A model generated the notes under the pieces. It saw only the letters and a program-made list of their open reading frames with translations. It had not been told where the DNA came from and made no database searches. Below are positions 1 through 11,949 of a stretch of 64,000 nucleotides of DNA, piece after piece. The first letter of the stretch is position 1, and each line of letters starts with the position of its first letter. Made by a program: the position numbers and the translations under genes. Source of the stretch: Octopus sinensis (taxonomy: Eukaryota); NCBI RefSeq assembly GCF_006345805.1, contig NC_043006.1, forward strand, positions 60,760,001 through 60,824,000, written 5' to 3'.

Positions 1-204
1 GAAGGGTGACAGAAGATGATTCCCTCGAACGTAATCTAGTATGTGGAATCATAATTCTCGCGCTTAAAATTTCGAAAAGCATTCAACTGTAGTCGCACAC
101 TAGAACCATAAGTGCAAGTAATAAAGTGAAGACGACTCACAACAAGGTTTGGTTTGGCTGGGGGTTGCATCAACCACTAAGAGCGAATGAGTGGCAAAGA
201 ATGT

Positions 205-367
205 AGGCTCAGGCTTGTCTGTGAAGTATGAACTTTGCTTCTCAACAACTATGTTCCGGGTTCAATCCCACTGTGTGGCACCTTGGACAAGTATCCTCTA
301 CTATAGTCTCGGGCCAGCCAAAGACTTGTGAGAAGATTTCGTAGTCGGAAACTAAAAGACGCCAATG
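205..367 (+). mobile_element. tRNA-derived SINE, decayed copy
   Basis: B-box-like GGGTTCAATCCC, then TTGGACAAGT and GGAAACTAAAAGA. Aligns by eye with the better-preserved copy at 50118-50279 (-) and the copy at 43021-43185. Confidence 0.7.
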
Positions 368-368
368 T

Positions 369-500
<132 letters not shown>

Positions 501-559
501 ACCTCGTTATGCCATGTTCATTATGCAGAATATTCTCAACTGTTTCACTGGATATTCTA

Positions 560-1450
560 ACAGTACTGGCATTTTGATCAATAGCCAATCGCCGGTCATC
601 CATCAGCGGTTAATGAACACAGTACTTTCCTCCTCCCATCCCTCCCACACCAAACTGGCCATCCCCGACTCCCAGTTCCTCCACCTCCGACACTTGTGCA
701 GCGGGGACCAGGATTTTGAGACCCAGTTCCAGTACCTGGCCCGCTTGCTCATGAGTCACGGACACCCATCCACCCGTGTACAAACTGTCTTTAGCTGCAC
801 ACGTCAAGTCGATCGCATTTCCACGCTCTCTCCTTTCCCTCACCGATCCCCCAACCACATGTCCTTCCCCTCCTTTTCCGTCCCTCCATCGTACGCCTTC
901 TTCGGAGGATTCTGAGGGCCTTCCGTGGCCTCCAGCTAAATACCACCACACTCCCTAATTTCCCCAGCCCACTCTTGTCCTCCTTCAAACGCGCCTATAA
1001 CCTGCGCGATCTACTGGTCCGTAGCTCCCTCTCCCTCCATTTCAATCCCACTCGGATCCTTTCCTTGCTCCAGATCCCTTTGCTCCGTTGCCACACCCGT
1101 TCCTTCATCCATAACACCTCCTCCCATACCGGACCCTACCTGTACACTCTCTACATTAGGTACTCCTTCACTTCTTTCAGCTCTATTTACTACACGAGGT
1201 GTAATATCTGCAACAAACTTTACGTTGGTCACACAGGTCGCCGGCTAACCGACCGGTTCACCGAATACCGACGAGATGTTCGTCTTTGTACGAACATCGC
1301 CGTCGCCCGTCATTTTCGCTTGGCCAACCATCTCCCCTGAAATATCATCGTCTTCGGCCTTATCCTGCCCAATCGATACACTAGAATTTGCCTGAAACAA
1401 CGTTACACTTTTACTCTACACACCCAAACTCCTTTCGAATTCAACACAAT
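560..1450 (+). mobile_element. Penelope-like element remnant: RT C-terminus plus GIY-YIG endonuclease
   Basis: Translations SSSHPSHTKLAIPDSQFLHLRHLCS and RAYNLRDLLVRS...IYYTRCNICNKLYVGHTGRRLTDRFTEY...VARHF match the PLE RT-thumb and GIY-YIG pattern. Stops and frameshifts are present. Confidence 0.85.
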
Positions 1451-1569
1451 CCCTCTTCTCAATGACTCTCCTTACAACCGTCCTAAAAATCTTTTACCCT
1501 ATCTAATTTATTATTAGTATTTTCATTATTTTTTATTCATTTATTATTTATAATTTTTATAAAGCTACT

Positions 1570-1610
1570 CCAGACTGATGAGGTGCAATAACTCTGAAAC
1601 TAATCTCTGG
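1570..1610 (+). ncRNA. Minimal type-I hammerhead ribozyme motif (PLE terminal repeat), partly decayed
   Basis: ccaga-CTGATGA-ggtgcaataactct-GAAAC-ta-ATC-tctgg. Stem I CCAGA/TCTGG is perfect and both core boxes are intact. Stem II is weak and stem III has a C.A mismatch. Lies about 120 bp 3' of the GIY-YIG remnant. Confidence 0.7.
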
Positions 1611-1627
1611 CTGCTGGCTTTGCTGGG

Positions 1628-1752
1628 TGGAGGTACTTATCTCCCCTGTTTAAAAACTTAAGGACAGAGAACGCTTGTGTAACATAGCCAACTGGAAACT
1701 ATGCTTCCTGGGGCTAAATAGCTGTAGCATTCTTCCCTTTCCTGGACTGCAG
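1628..1752 (+). repeat. PLE terminal-repeat segment shared with 22170-22275, 23843-23945 and (reverse) 21765-21870
   Basis: Shared motif CCA(A/G)CTGGA...TCCTGGGGCTAAA(T)AGC. This copy and the 23.9-kb copy also share AGGTACTTATCTCC and TAGCATTCTTCCCTTTCCTGG. Confidence 0.75.
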
Positions 1753-2252
1753 CATTAAGCTGGCAAAAAACCATTAATTTTTATTTCGTTTATTTTTATT
1801 CTGTTATTTCGATATTTTAGCGTTCAGTCTTATTTCGGTTATTTATTATTTGTTTATTCCGATTTTTTGATTTTTTTGATTTCTAAAATTTATTTCTCTT
1901 ACTATTTTATTCGTTTATCTTGACTTCTTAATTTTTTATCATCTACTTCTAGTTTTTTTTATTCATTTCATTTATTTACTTCTGTTACGGATTTCTTCAT
2001 ATAATCTTTTTTTTATGCTTTTATTTTCCCAATTTTTATATTTTATATTGCCATACCATACAGCAAATACCAAACACCACACAACACATACACACCACAC
2101 ACTTGCGCGCGCGTACACCCACACACGGACGCCCATACACCTGATACCCACAACCACACACAACACACCCACGTGCACACATATACACGCATGCACACAT
2201 ACACACATACAGATATATAAATATATACATATACCTAACACTAATCTATATA

Positions 2253-3382
2253 CAGTGGCGGCCAAAATGTTCAGAACTGCATTGTTTTCGTCAGAAAAGT
2301 AGATATAAATTTTTATCAAAGTTGTTTTATATTCTATAATTTTCACAGATAATAAATACGAGATTTTGGTGTAATTTGAGAGGGTAATACAGAAGTTATG
2401 GATGATTTAGTGATTTACTGCAAAACCCATGGCGGCCAAAATGATCAGAACGGTTGCTTTTACTCCGCGTTTTAGTATATTTAACCGGCGAACTCTAATG
2501 TTTTGAATTTGTTTACGTGACGGTTCGTTTACTAAACATTAGTAAGAATATTTGCAGTGTACTTTGTTAATATAATGCCACTTACTCCGTTACCAATTCG
2601 TCAGCAGATTATTAAGCTTCGAAGGAAGGATAATTTAAGTATTGGATCTATTGCAAAGATTGTTAACAAGTCAAAAAGTGTTGTACACGTTGTTCTTAAG
2701 GTCTACGATGATTGTGGTTCGTGTGAAGCAAGAAAGTTTACAGGTAGGCCAAGAAAAACGACCAAGAGAGAAAATCGTGCTATGGTAAAGTTGGTTAAAA
2801 AGGACAGATTTAAAACTGCTGCTGCTGTTTCTCGGAAAATAAGCATTGTATTGAAGAAAACTTTATCTCGAAAAACTGTCTCGTCGTTTAGTTGAACATG
2901 ACCTACAAGCAAGAGCACCTGCAGTGAAGCCACTGATCAGCTCCAAGAATAAAAAGTGTCGTCTTACCTTTGCAACCGAACATGTGTTGTGGTCTCAAGA
3001 AAAATGGCAAACGGTGCATTTCAGTGATGAATCTAAGTTTATGTTATTTGGCTCAGATGGGAAAAGGTACGTTCGTCGAAAAGTAGGTGAAAAATTGTCG
3101 CCTAAATGCCTTAAGACTAGTGTTAAATTCGGTGAAGGAAGTGTCATGGTTTGGGAGATGATATCTGGAGATGGTGTGAGCCCTTTGGTGCGATTACATG
3201 GAAAGGTAAATGCAGGAGTTTATAAACAACTTGTAAAAGATCATGTCTTGCCTGTGCTGAGAAATTCAACTAAGCGACCACCCATATTCATGCAGGACAA
3301 TGCCCCATGTCACAAGGCTAAGGTGGTCATGAACTTTCTCAAGGCTGAAATGGTTATTGTTATGGATTGGCCTGCTCAAAGC
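2253..3382 (+). mobile_element. Tc1-family DNA transposon, frameshifted and 3'-truncated
   Basis: Starts TA|CAGTGGCGGCCAAAA with an internal repeat of the same motif at 2430-2451. HTH region with GRPRK (ORF 2557-2895); catalytic region FSDESKF, VMVW, FMQDNAPCH, WPAQS (ORF 2924-3397). One frameshift near 2885. Ends before PDLNPIE and the right TIR. Confidence 0.9.
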
Positions 3383-5299
3383 CAGAGTGACACATAGTGA
3401 TAGATACACACATATTTATATTGAGAGAGAGAAAGAGAGCAACAGAATGACACAAAATGATAGACACATACCCATACGCGTGCATACACACACATACACA
3501 CTTCCACACCCACCCATACACATACCTGTCACAATAACTGTTGATCTCTATGGCATTACACTCACTGTTACCACCACACGCACACATATTACCATGCAGA
3601 CGCATACACACACTACCATACATACACACGCTATAACACACACACATGCCACCAAACCCACGCACACACACTGACACACAGATACCATCTATTTTCACAC
3701 CTGTCCCAGAAAGCACTTTCTCTTTGTCCTTCTACTTCCGGTCATTTAAAAACTGACACTACACGTGGACTGGTGGCGTTTATTCTTATTCATTTTCCTT
3801 TGGAATTTCTTATGTTTCCTGTTTCCAACGAAGAGCTATACTCGAAACATAAAACAACAAGTCTTCTCTTTCTCTGAGCGTCTTATTGTTACTTTACATT
3901 TGCCACGTCCTCACGTTGTTGGTTTTTCTTGTTTTTTACTCTGTTTTTTAAATTATATATATATATATATCACACATTCTCGAAATCCAAGCTGTAGGTG
4001 TGTAGTTATAGGCTCCCTTTTATATTTTTATCACATATTCCTTAATAAGTGGTAGCGTATGGCATTAAGTATGATCAATTCTCGTGAAATATGGCTTCAT
4101 TCAGGAATGTATGCAAAAACTTCACTGACAACGAATAGCAGTTCGTGTAAATATTGAGATAAACTTTTAGTGGACAGCTGAAATGTTTAAATTCCTCAAT
4201 TACTAACGTCCATTTTCGGGCCAAAGATCATCTATAGCAAATATTGTAGCTCTAGGACAATAAAGTCTTCTTTTAATATTTTCTCCACTGATCGATTTTC
4301 CCTTACCAGTGTTAGAATAAATAGATTTCGATAAAATCACCTTTGCTATTTCTTCGTTGTTATGACTAATAATTTGATAGAAATTAAATTAAAATAATTG
4401 CAACGCTTTTACGAAATCGTATTGTTACTTAGTTCATTTGTTAATTTGATTGTTGTTCCAATTTTATGTTCAAATAGACTTACATTTACTCTAAAGTCTT
4501 CCTCTGGAATTAGGTAAAATTCCTGACAAGTCCGGATAAAGGAAATACTTCTAGTTCCTGAATAATTACTTTATACTTCTGCAGAAAGACTGAGACAGAA
4601 GCAAATGTCTAGAGTGGTATGATATTCACAAAGAATCATTGTGATCAGCATTTAGATTTGGATCTGAAATATGCAGCTATGTTCATGTTTGGATCTGTAT
4701 ATTGGTATCATTCGAACGAACGAAGAAGTATATTCTTTAGTTATGATAGAATAATAAGCCTGAGTACCAGAACAGCCGCTCACTAAATCTAGAATCTTAA
4801 GAGTTCAACAGTACACACGTCTCGCTTTGCCACCTTTTCACAGTTTCTCTATCTTCAAGAAGTTGTGTATTCATTTCAGAATAAGACTAAAATGTGTAAT
4901 CAGTTATGCTTTAACCCAAGAGCCCGCAAGATTGCTGTTTGTAATAGAAGTACTTTGATCATCTCTTCTATAGATATTTACAGAGACAAAGCAAAACAGT
5001 CAGGATGTCAGGAACACTGAAAGTGATATAGGCATTCGATACATGTACCGGAATCTTCATCGTTACATTCCCTAAACGTTATTTTATTGCATTACTGATC
5101 AAACTGCACGTTAGATACTCCCTGTTCTTATCGACTTGGTGATTTTCTCCAAATGACTCCGAAACATATAAATGAAATTTTCTATCTAAAGAAGACACTG
5201 AAAATGCTTAGAACCGGTTGACTAAATCAAGACAGCAGAGTTGGCCAAAACCTACACTGGTTAATATGTCGGCATTAAACAATCTAAATTGTCGATGAG

Positions 5300-5500
5300 T
5301 GGTATAAGAATCAACCTGAGACTGTAACTGAGAGAGAATATGTAACGATTATTTGGGGGGGTTCCTGTACATAGACAGAATCATCACCGCTGATATATCG
5401 GATATTGTTAAAGACCGAAATAATAGTCTGTTTGTTGATCCACATGAGTGTTGAGAAGAATAACGTCGCTGTGAGAACGATTACCACCCACGTAAATAGT
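5300..5500 (+). mobile_element. Highly decayed R4/Dong endonuclease fragment
   Basis: PETVTEREYVTIIW..VPVH.DRII resembles PENVTENEKATLLWDMPIHTDREIKANRPD in the copy at 10.9 kb. Confidence 0.45.
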
Positions 5501-5559
5501 TCTTGTTATCGGCACAATGGCCTAAAATCTTGTGGGAGGATTTTTGTCAATTACATCGA

Positions 5560-5640
5560 GTCCAGTATTTGACATTTACTTATTTCATCGGCCTCGAAAG
5601 AATGAAAGGCAAATTCCTTCGTGGACTCAGAACATAAAGC
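5560..5640 (-). mobile_element. SINE central-domain fragment
   Basis: Reverse complement reads TTCTGAGTCC...TTTGCCTTTCATTCTTTCGAGGCCGATGAAATAAGT, resembling a common SINE core motif. Confidence 0.45.
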
Positions 5641-5687
5641 CAGAACATAAAGCATTTTGCCATTTTATCCAGTGCGCAAACATCTCC

Positions 5688-5925
5688 TTCTTCTTCTTCT
5701 TCTTCTTCTTCTTCTTCTTCTTCTTCTTCTTCTTCTTCTTCTTCTTCTTCTTCTTCTTCTTCTTCTTCTTCTTCTTCTTCTTCTTCTTCTTCTTCTTCTT
5801 CTTCTTCATCTTCTTCTTCATCTTCTTCTTCATATTCTTCTTCTTCGTCTATTATTATTATCATTATTAGTTGTTGTTGTAGCAGCAGCAACAACAACAA
5901 CAACGACGACAACAACAACAACCAC

Positions 5926-5958
<33 letters not shown>
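5688..5958. repeat. Compound microsatellite (TTC)n-(TAT)-(AAC)n-(AAT)n
   Basis: Direct reading; source of the poly-E/K/F/L ORFs. Confidence 0.97.
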
Positions 5959-5960
<2 letters not shown>

Positions 5961-5967
5961 TAGACTG

Positions 5968-6123
5968 GGAGACGTTTAAGAAGATACACCGGGGGACGTT
6001 TAAGAAGATACACCGGAGGACGTTTAAGAAGATACACCGGGGGATGTTTAAGAGAGATACACCGGGGCACGTTTAAGAAGATACACCGAGGGACGATTAA
6101 GAGATACACCGGGGACGTTTAAG
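5968..6123 (+). repeat. About 24-bp tandem repeat (GACGTTTAAGAAGATACACCGGGG), six copies plus a partial, at the R4/Dong 5' end
   Basis: Units start at 5971, 5995, 6019, 6043, 6068, 6092 and 6114. No spacers. Confidence 0.95.
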
Positions 6124-6821
6124 GCGTAAGAAGGATAAAACAGAGCTCCGAAATCTATCCACAAACATCGAAAACAAGGACATTGTATGGAGCCAAAGAT
6201 TTACTAACAAAGGATTGGACTGTATCCGAGTAAGTAATACTAACTGAAATTTATTACTATTTTCGAAACGAAATGATGTATTTTGACTCGATATCATCTC
6301 CACTTCTAACACAACACATGTAAACATGCGTGAAACATTACGATCCATCAACACCACATCATTCCCGACCCCAAATACCATGTACAAAGAAACTACGAAG
6401 AAATTAAATGCCACCGATATTATTCAACCCAAGAATAACAATCGAGAGGTACGTACTTTAAACTTACAACACAAAATGTACGAAAAACTACACGTGCAAA
6501 AAAATGTGACAACAGAAAGGAACGAACCGGTACCCTACGAAAATGACAACCGTCAAAATAATGGGCCGGACGTTGTTCCTCATGTCCCGCAAATAAAACC
6601 CAAAAGACATAAATGGACACGTGAGGAATACATTTCTATCTTACACGCATACTTCACAACAGTGCTCTACCCAAAAAATGAAACAACACATACATATAAA
6701 ATATGGAAGGAAAATAACATAAATATAGACTTGGATAACTCAATGAACCCTAATAAATTAGCTAACGTACGAAGATACATTCTCAACGCAAAAAAATATC
6801 AGAAATATAAATAGAACATCC

Positions 6822-7532
6822 AAAATTTTCAAACAAAATTTTACCCAAAAATTTTTCGAGAATTTTCTCGAAAAATTTTCCCCAAAAATTTTTGCAAAAT
6901 TTTGACCGTAAATTTTACCCAAAAATTTTACCAAAATTTTCACCGAAAATTTTCTATAAAAATTTTTCGAAAATTTTCCCCAAAAAGTTTTCGAAAATTT
7001 TCTCTATAAAAATTTTTCGAAAATTTTTACAGAAAATTTTAACCAAAAATTTTTCGAAAATTTTCTCCAAAAACTTTCCCCAAAAACTTTCCCCAAAAAT
7101 TTTTCACCGAAAATTTTAACCTTAAATTTCACGAAAATTTTTCCAAAATTTGTCATTTTGGTATCGCTGTGATTGTGGCACCGCTGGCCTTCCATACTTT
7201 GTGATTATGGCGTCGCTGGCCTTCCATACTTTGTGATTTTGGCATCGCTGGCCTTGTGATTTTCCCAAAAATTTTTCCAAAACTTTCAACGAAAATTTTT
7301 TTAGAATTATTTTTCGAAAATTTTTCCCAAAAATCTTTCGAAAATTCTCATCGAAAATTTTCCTCAAATATTTTTCAAAAATTTCCACAGAAGTTTTACC
7401 CCAAAAATTTTTCAAAATTTTCACCGAAATTTTTTCCAAAATTTTTCCCGAAAATTTTCCCGAAAATTTTTCCAAAATTTTCACCGAAAATTTTTTCGAA
7501 GTATTTCCCCCAAAATTTTTCACCGAAAATTT
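6822..7532. repeat. A/T-tract satellite-like array, left block
   Basis: Repeated AAAATTTT tracts joined by CG, CACCG, ACCC or CCC linkers about every 10-14 bp. Confidence 0.95.
7152..7260. repeat. 32-bp tandem repeat (TGTGATTTTGGCATCGCTGGCCTTCCATACTT), about 3.5 copies
   Basis: Direct reading; nested within the A-tract array. Confidence 0.9.
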
Positions 7533-8495
7533 TATGTGTATGTGTATGTATATATATATATTTCTGTGTATTTGTATGTATATATATATATGTCTGTGTA
7601 TGTGTATGTATATATATATATGTCTGCGTATGTGTATGTATATATATATGTCGGTGTATGTGTATATATATATATGTCTGTGTATGTGTATATATATATA
7701 TGTCTGTGTATGTGTAGGTATATATATATATGTCTGTGTATGTGTATATATATATATGTCTGTGTATGTGTATTTTTATATATATATATATGTCTGTGTA
7801 TGTGTATGTATATATATATATGTCTTTGTATGTGTATTTATATAGATATATGTCGGTGTATGTGTATATATATATATATGTCTGTGTATGTGTATATATA
7901 TACATGTCTGTGTATGTGTATATATATATGTCTGTGTATTTGTATGTATATATATATATGTCTGTGTATGTGTATGTAGATATATATATGTCTGTGTATG
8001 TGTATGTATATATATATATGTCTGTGTATGTGTATGTAGATATATATGTCTGTGTATGTGTATGTATATATATATATATGTCTGTGTATGTGTATGTAGA
8101 TATATATGTCTGTGTATGTGTATGTATATATATATATATGTCTGTGTATGTGTATGTATATATATATATATATATGTCTGTGTATGTGTATGTATATATA
8201 TATATGTCTGCGTATGTGTATGTATATATATATGTCTGTGTATGTGTATATATATATATATGTCTGTGTATGTGTTTGTATGTATGTGTGTGTATGTGTA
8301 TGTGTTTGTATGTATGTGTATGTGTGTATGTATGTGTATATGTATGTATACATATATATGTATGTGTATATGTATGTATATATATATGTATGTGTATATG
8401 TATGTATATATATATATGTATGTGTATATGTATGTATATATATGTGTATATGTATTCATGTATATATATGTGTATATGTATATATATGTGTATAT
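7533..8495. repeat. Microsatellite-derived minisatellite, (TA)n-TGTCTGTGTATGTG units of about 24-30 bp
   Basis: Direct reading; source of the YIYTH/VYVY ORFs. Confidence 0.95.
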
Positions 8496-9472
8496 ACCGA
8501 AATTTTTTTCCAAAAATTTTCACTGAAACTTTTACCCAAAAATTTTTGCAAAATTTTCACCGAAAATTTTGTCGAAAAATTTTTCGAAACTTTTCACGAA
8601 AATCTTCCCCAAAAATTTTTCCAAAATTTTCACCGAAAATTTTCTCAAAAAATTTTTCTAAATTTTTATGTAAAATTTTACCCGAACATTTTTGCAAAAT
8701 TTTCAAAGAAACTTTACCCCAAAAATTTTTGGCAAATATTCACCGAAAATTTTACACAAAATTCGAAAATTTTCTCAAAAAATTTCTCTAAAATTTTCGC
8801 CGAAAAATTTACCTAAGAATTTTTCGAAAGTTTTCCCCAAAAAGTTTTCGAAAATGTTCACCGACAATTTTACTCGAAAATTTTTCGAAAATTTTTCCCA
8901 AAAATTTCTCGAAAATTTTCACCGAAAAGTTTTAGCGAAAATTTTACCGAAAAATTTTCGAAAATTTTCAACGAAAATTTTACCCAAAAAGTTTTCGAAA
9001 ATTTTACAAAAAAATTTTCACCAAAAATTTTTCGAAAATGTTCACCGAAAATTTTACCCAAAAATTTTCCGAAAATTTTCACCGAAAATTTTACCTAAAA
9101 TTTTTTCGGAAGTATTATCCAGAAATTTTCCGAAAATTTTATCCGAAAATTTTACCCAAAAATTTTCGAAATCTTTCAACGAAAATTTTACACGAAAATT
9201 TTCACCAATAATTTTTCGAAAATTTTCAGCGGAAACTTTACCGAAAAATTTTTCGAAAAATTTGAGCCAAACATTTTCGAAAAATTTCGAAAATTTTCAT
9301 CGAAAATTTTCTCGAAAATTTTCACCGAAAATTTTACCCAAGAATTTTTCGAAAATTTTCTCCAAAAATCTTTCGAAAATTTTTACCAAAACTTTTCCGA
9401 AAATTTTCACCGAAAATTTTAAGTGGAAATTTTACCCAAAAAGTATTCGAAAATTTTACCCAAAAATTTTAA
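8496..9472. repeat. A/T-tract satellite-like array, right block, same orientation as the left block
   Basis: Same AAAATTTTCACCG and AAAATTTTACCC units, with C-rich linkers on the + strand in both blocks. Confidence 0.95.
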
Positions 9473-11395
9473 CCAACAATACATGGGTCCTCGAAACACT
9501 AGCAGCAACAATAATAAAATTCATAGGGCACTCTATGAATAAATGGCAAACAGTGCGACAGCTCCAAACAAAAGAGAGACTCATGAAAACCAAAGACATC
9601 CCCATTAGAAGAGGAATATTCCAGGGAGACACGCTCTCTCCACTCCTTTTCTGCTTGACACTGTCACCTCTATCTGATATGCTAAATAGAACTGGATGCG
9701 GATATAAATGTTACGGCAAAACGATCAGCCACCTTTTATATATGGATGACTTAAACTATACGCTGCAAATGACAAACAGCTGGAAACACTATTAAAGACA
9801 GTTCATAGATTTACCAAAGAAATACATATGAAATTTGGATTAGAAAAATGCGCCAAAGTAACCATGAAAAGAGGAAAACTAGTTAAGAGTAGCAACATCA
9901 CACTAGATAAAACCAATGAAATAAAAGAATTAGACCAAAGCCAAACTTACAAATACTTAGGAATCCATGAACTAGATAAGACACAACACACACAAATGAA
10001 AGAGAAAATAAAAAAAGAATATTATAGACGAGTTAGATCAATACTAAAAACAGAGCTCAATGCTAAAAACAAGATAATAAGTTTTAACACTTTAGCTGTC
10101 CCAGTTATAAGTTACAGGTACAATATCCTTAACTGAACACTAAATGAACTGACCAAAATAGATAGGAAAACAAGAAAAATAATGACAGGATCTAGGATGC
10201 ATCACCCAAAATCTGACATAGAAAGACTATATATATATAACGTATAGAAGGTGGTAGAGGCCTTATACAACTAGAAAACTACTATAAAATAACCACCATA
10301 GGACTGCAAATATATCTACTTCAGAAGGAAGGAAGACTGATACAAATAGCGGCAAAACACGAGCAAAACAAAAAACAGTTCTCAGTATTTAAGGAAGCTG
10401 ACAAATACAAACAAGAAATCATGCCACCTAATAAATATGAAGAAGAATAAGAAGAAGATGAAGAAACAACAGAAGCTATAAAACAAATGAAATCCAAACT
10501 AAAAATAGAACAGCAACGAACCATGATAAAACGATGGCAAGAAAAGCCCCTTCATGGTAAATACTGGACTAAACTAAATGCAAATGAAATAGAAAAATAA
10601 AAATCCCAGCAATGGTTGAGAATCTCAGGATTCAAAGCAGAGACAGAGGGATTTTTAATTGCAGCACAAGACCAAAGCCTCCCCACCAGAAATTACCAAA
10701 AACATGTAATGAAAAGAAATATAACAAGTAACTGCAGAATATGTGGAGATGGACAAGAAACAATAAATCATATTATCTCTAGCTGCCCAGTCCTGGTTAA
10801 GAAGGAATATATTCACAGACATGACAGAGTTGGAACCTACATGCATTGGAAGCTATGCCAACATTATGGAATAATAACAGAAAAAAGATGGTTTAGGCAC
10901 ACACCAGAAAACGTCACAGAAAACGAGAAAGCAACCCTACTCTGGGATATGCCGATACACACAGATAGAGAAATTAAGGCCAACAGACCAGATATAGATG
11001 TCAGAGATTATGAAAAAAATGCTTTCTAATTTATGTATCAATACCGGCAGATGACAACGTGTCTCTAAAAGAAATGGAGAAACTCTCAAAATACAAAAAC
11101 CTGGAAATAGTGGTAACCAGAATGTGGAATCTAAAAACAGAAACAATTCCTATCATAGTAGGTGCATTAGGCATGATAAAAAATATTCAGACAAATACAT
11201 AACAAAAACACCAGGACTTACAAACACATATAACATACAGAAAATTGCACTACTAGGCACTGCAAACATCCTACGCCGAACACTTTCCATACAATAACCA
11301 CCAGAACATCACAACAAATCACAGCACATACCTAAGGCACACAGAGCTGCGCTCGGTAGTGAAGTGAAAGCACGCTATAAAAATAAAACTACTGA

Positions 11396-11404
11396 ATAAT
11401 AATG

Positions 11405-11490
<86 letters not shown>
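11396..11490. repeat. (AAT)n microsatellite at the R4/Dong 3' end
   Basis: Direct reading. Confidence 0.97.
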
Positions 11491-11492
<2 letters not shown>

Positions 11493-11949
11493 GTTAGAAA
11501 GTATAAATGCTTTCTTTGAAGAAGAGCAAATACTATCCAATTCACAATAAGAATGTAAATAAATAAGAGGTTAGTGTGATAAAGAATATAAATAAATAAA
11601 AGATGCTGGTGTGGTAAAGATAATAGCTGCGGCACAAAATTTCAATTATTTGTTGATAACGCAGAGATTAACCATTTTCAGAGGTGGCGATATTATGAAA
11701 AGCATAAAATATATTACCTCTCTACTGGATAAGGGAGTACGTGTAACTGTTTGCTTTAGCCAGTAGGATAACACTTAACGAAAAACTATTATGCACAGAT
11801 GAAAGACTGAAGTGACAACACCAGAAGTGTGGTGAGGGAGTTCAATTAAAAAAAAATTAATATAATATATCACCATGACTGTTTGTAGTGTATATGGATC
11901 CGATGGCATTGACAACGCTAAAAACTGATTAAGAACTGCCATAGATTGT

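Larger units (their letters stand above)
5960..11396 (+). mobile_element. R4/Dong-clade non-LTR retrotransposon between (AAT)n tracts; central part replaced by a repeat array
   Basis: N-terminal domain KRHKWTREEY...KLANVRRYI (6326-6814). RT motifs IFQGDTLSPLLFCL and HLLYMDDL (9476-9790), MKFGLEKCAKV, AQDQSLPTRNY. CCHC finger CRICG..ETINHIISSC, RHD and restriction-like endonuclease WDMPIHTDREIKANRPDI. 3' UTR runs into (AAT)n at 11396; (AAT)n also precedes the 5' end. Several stops and frameshifts. Confidence 0.88.

Noticed and set aside
5968-6123. CRISPR-like repeat array
   Set aside because: Repeats are head-to-tail with no unique spacers, there are no cas genes, and the context is eukaryotic.
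7396-8791. Long YIYTH/VYVY ORFs on both strands
   Set aside because: Translation of TA/TG minisatellite. The same applies to ORFs at 328-577, 5532-6109, 20454-20851, 39919-42224, 51274-52081 and 58007-58390.
8692-9795. 367-aa ORF apparently fusing a K/F-rich domain to RT
   Set aside because: The N-terminal 260 aa is translated A-tract repeat that happens to lack stops; only the last 100 aa is R4/Dong RT.
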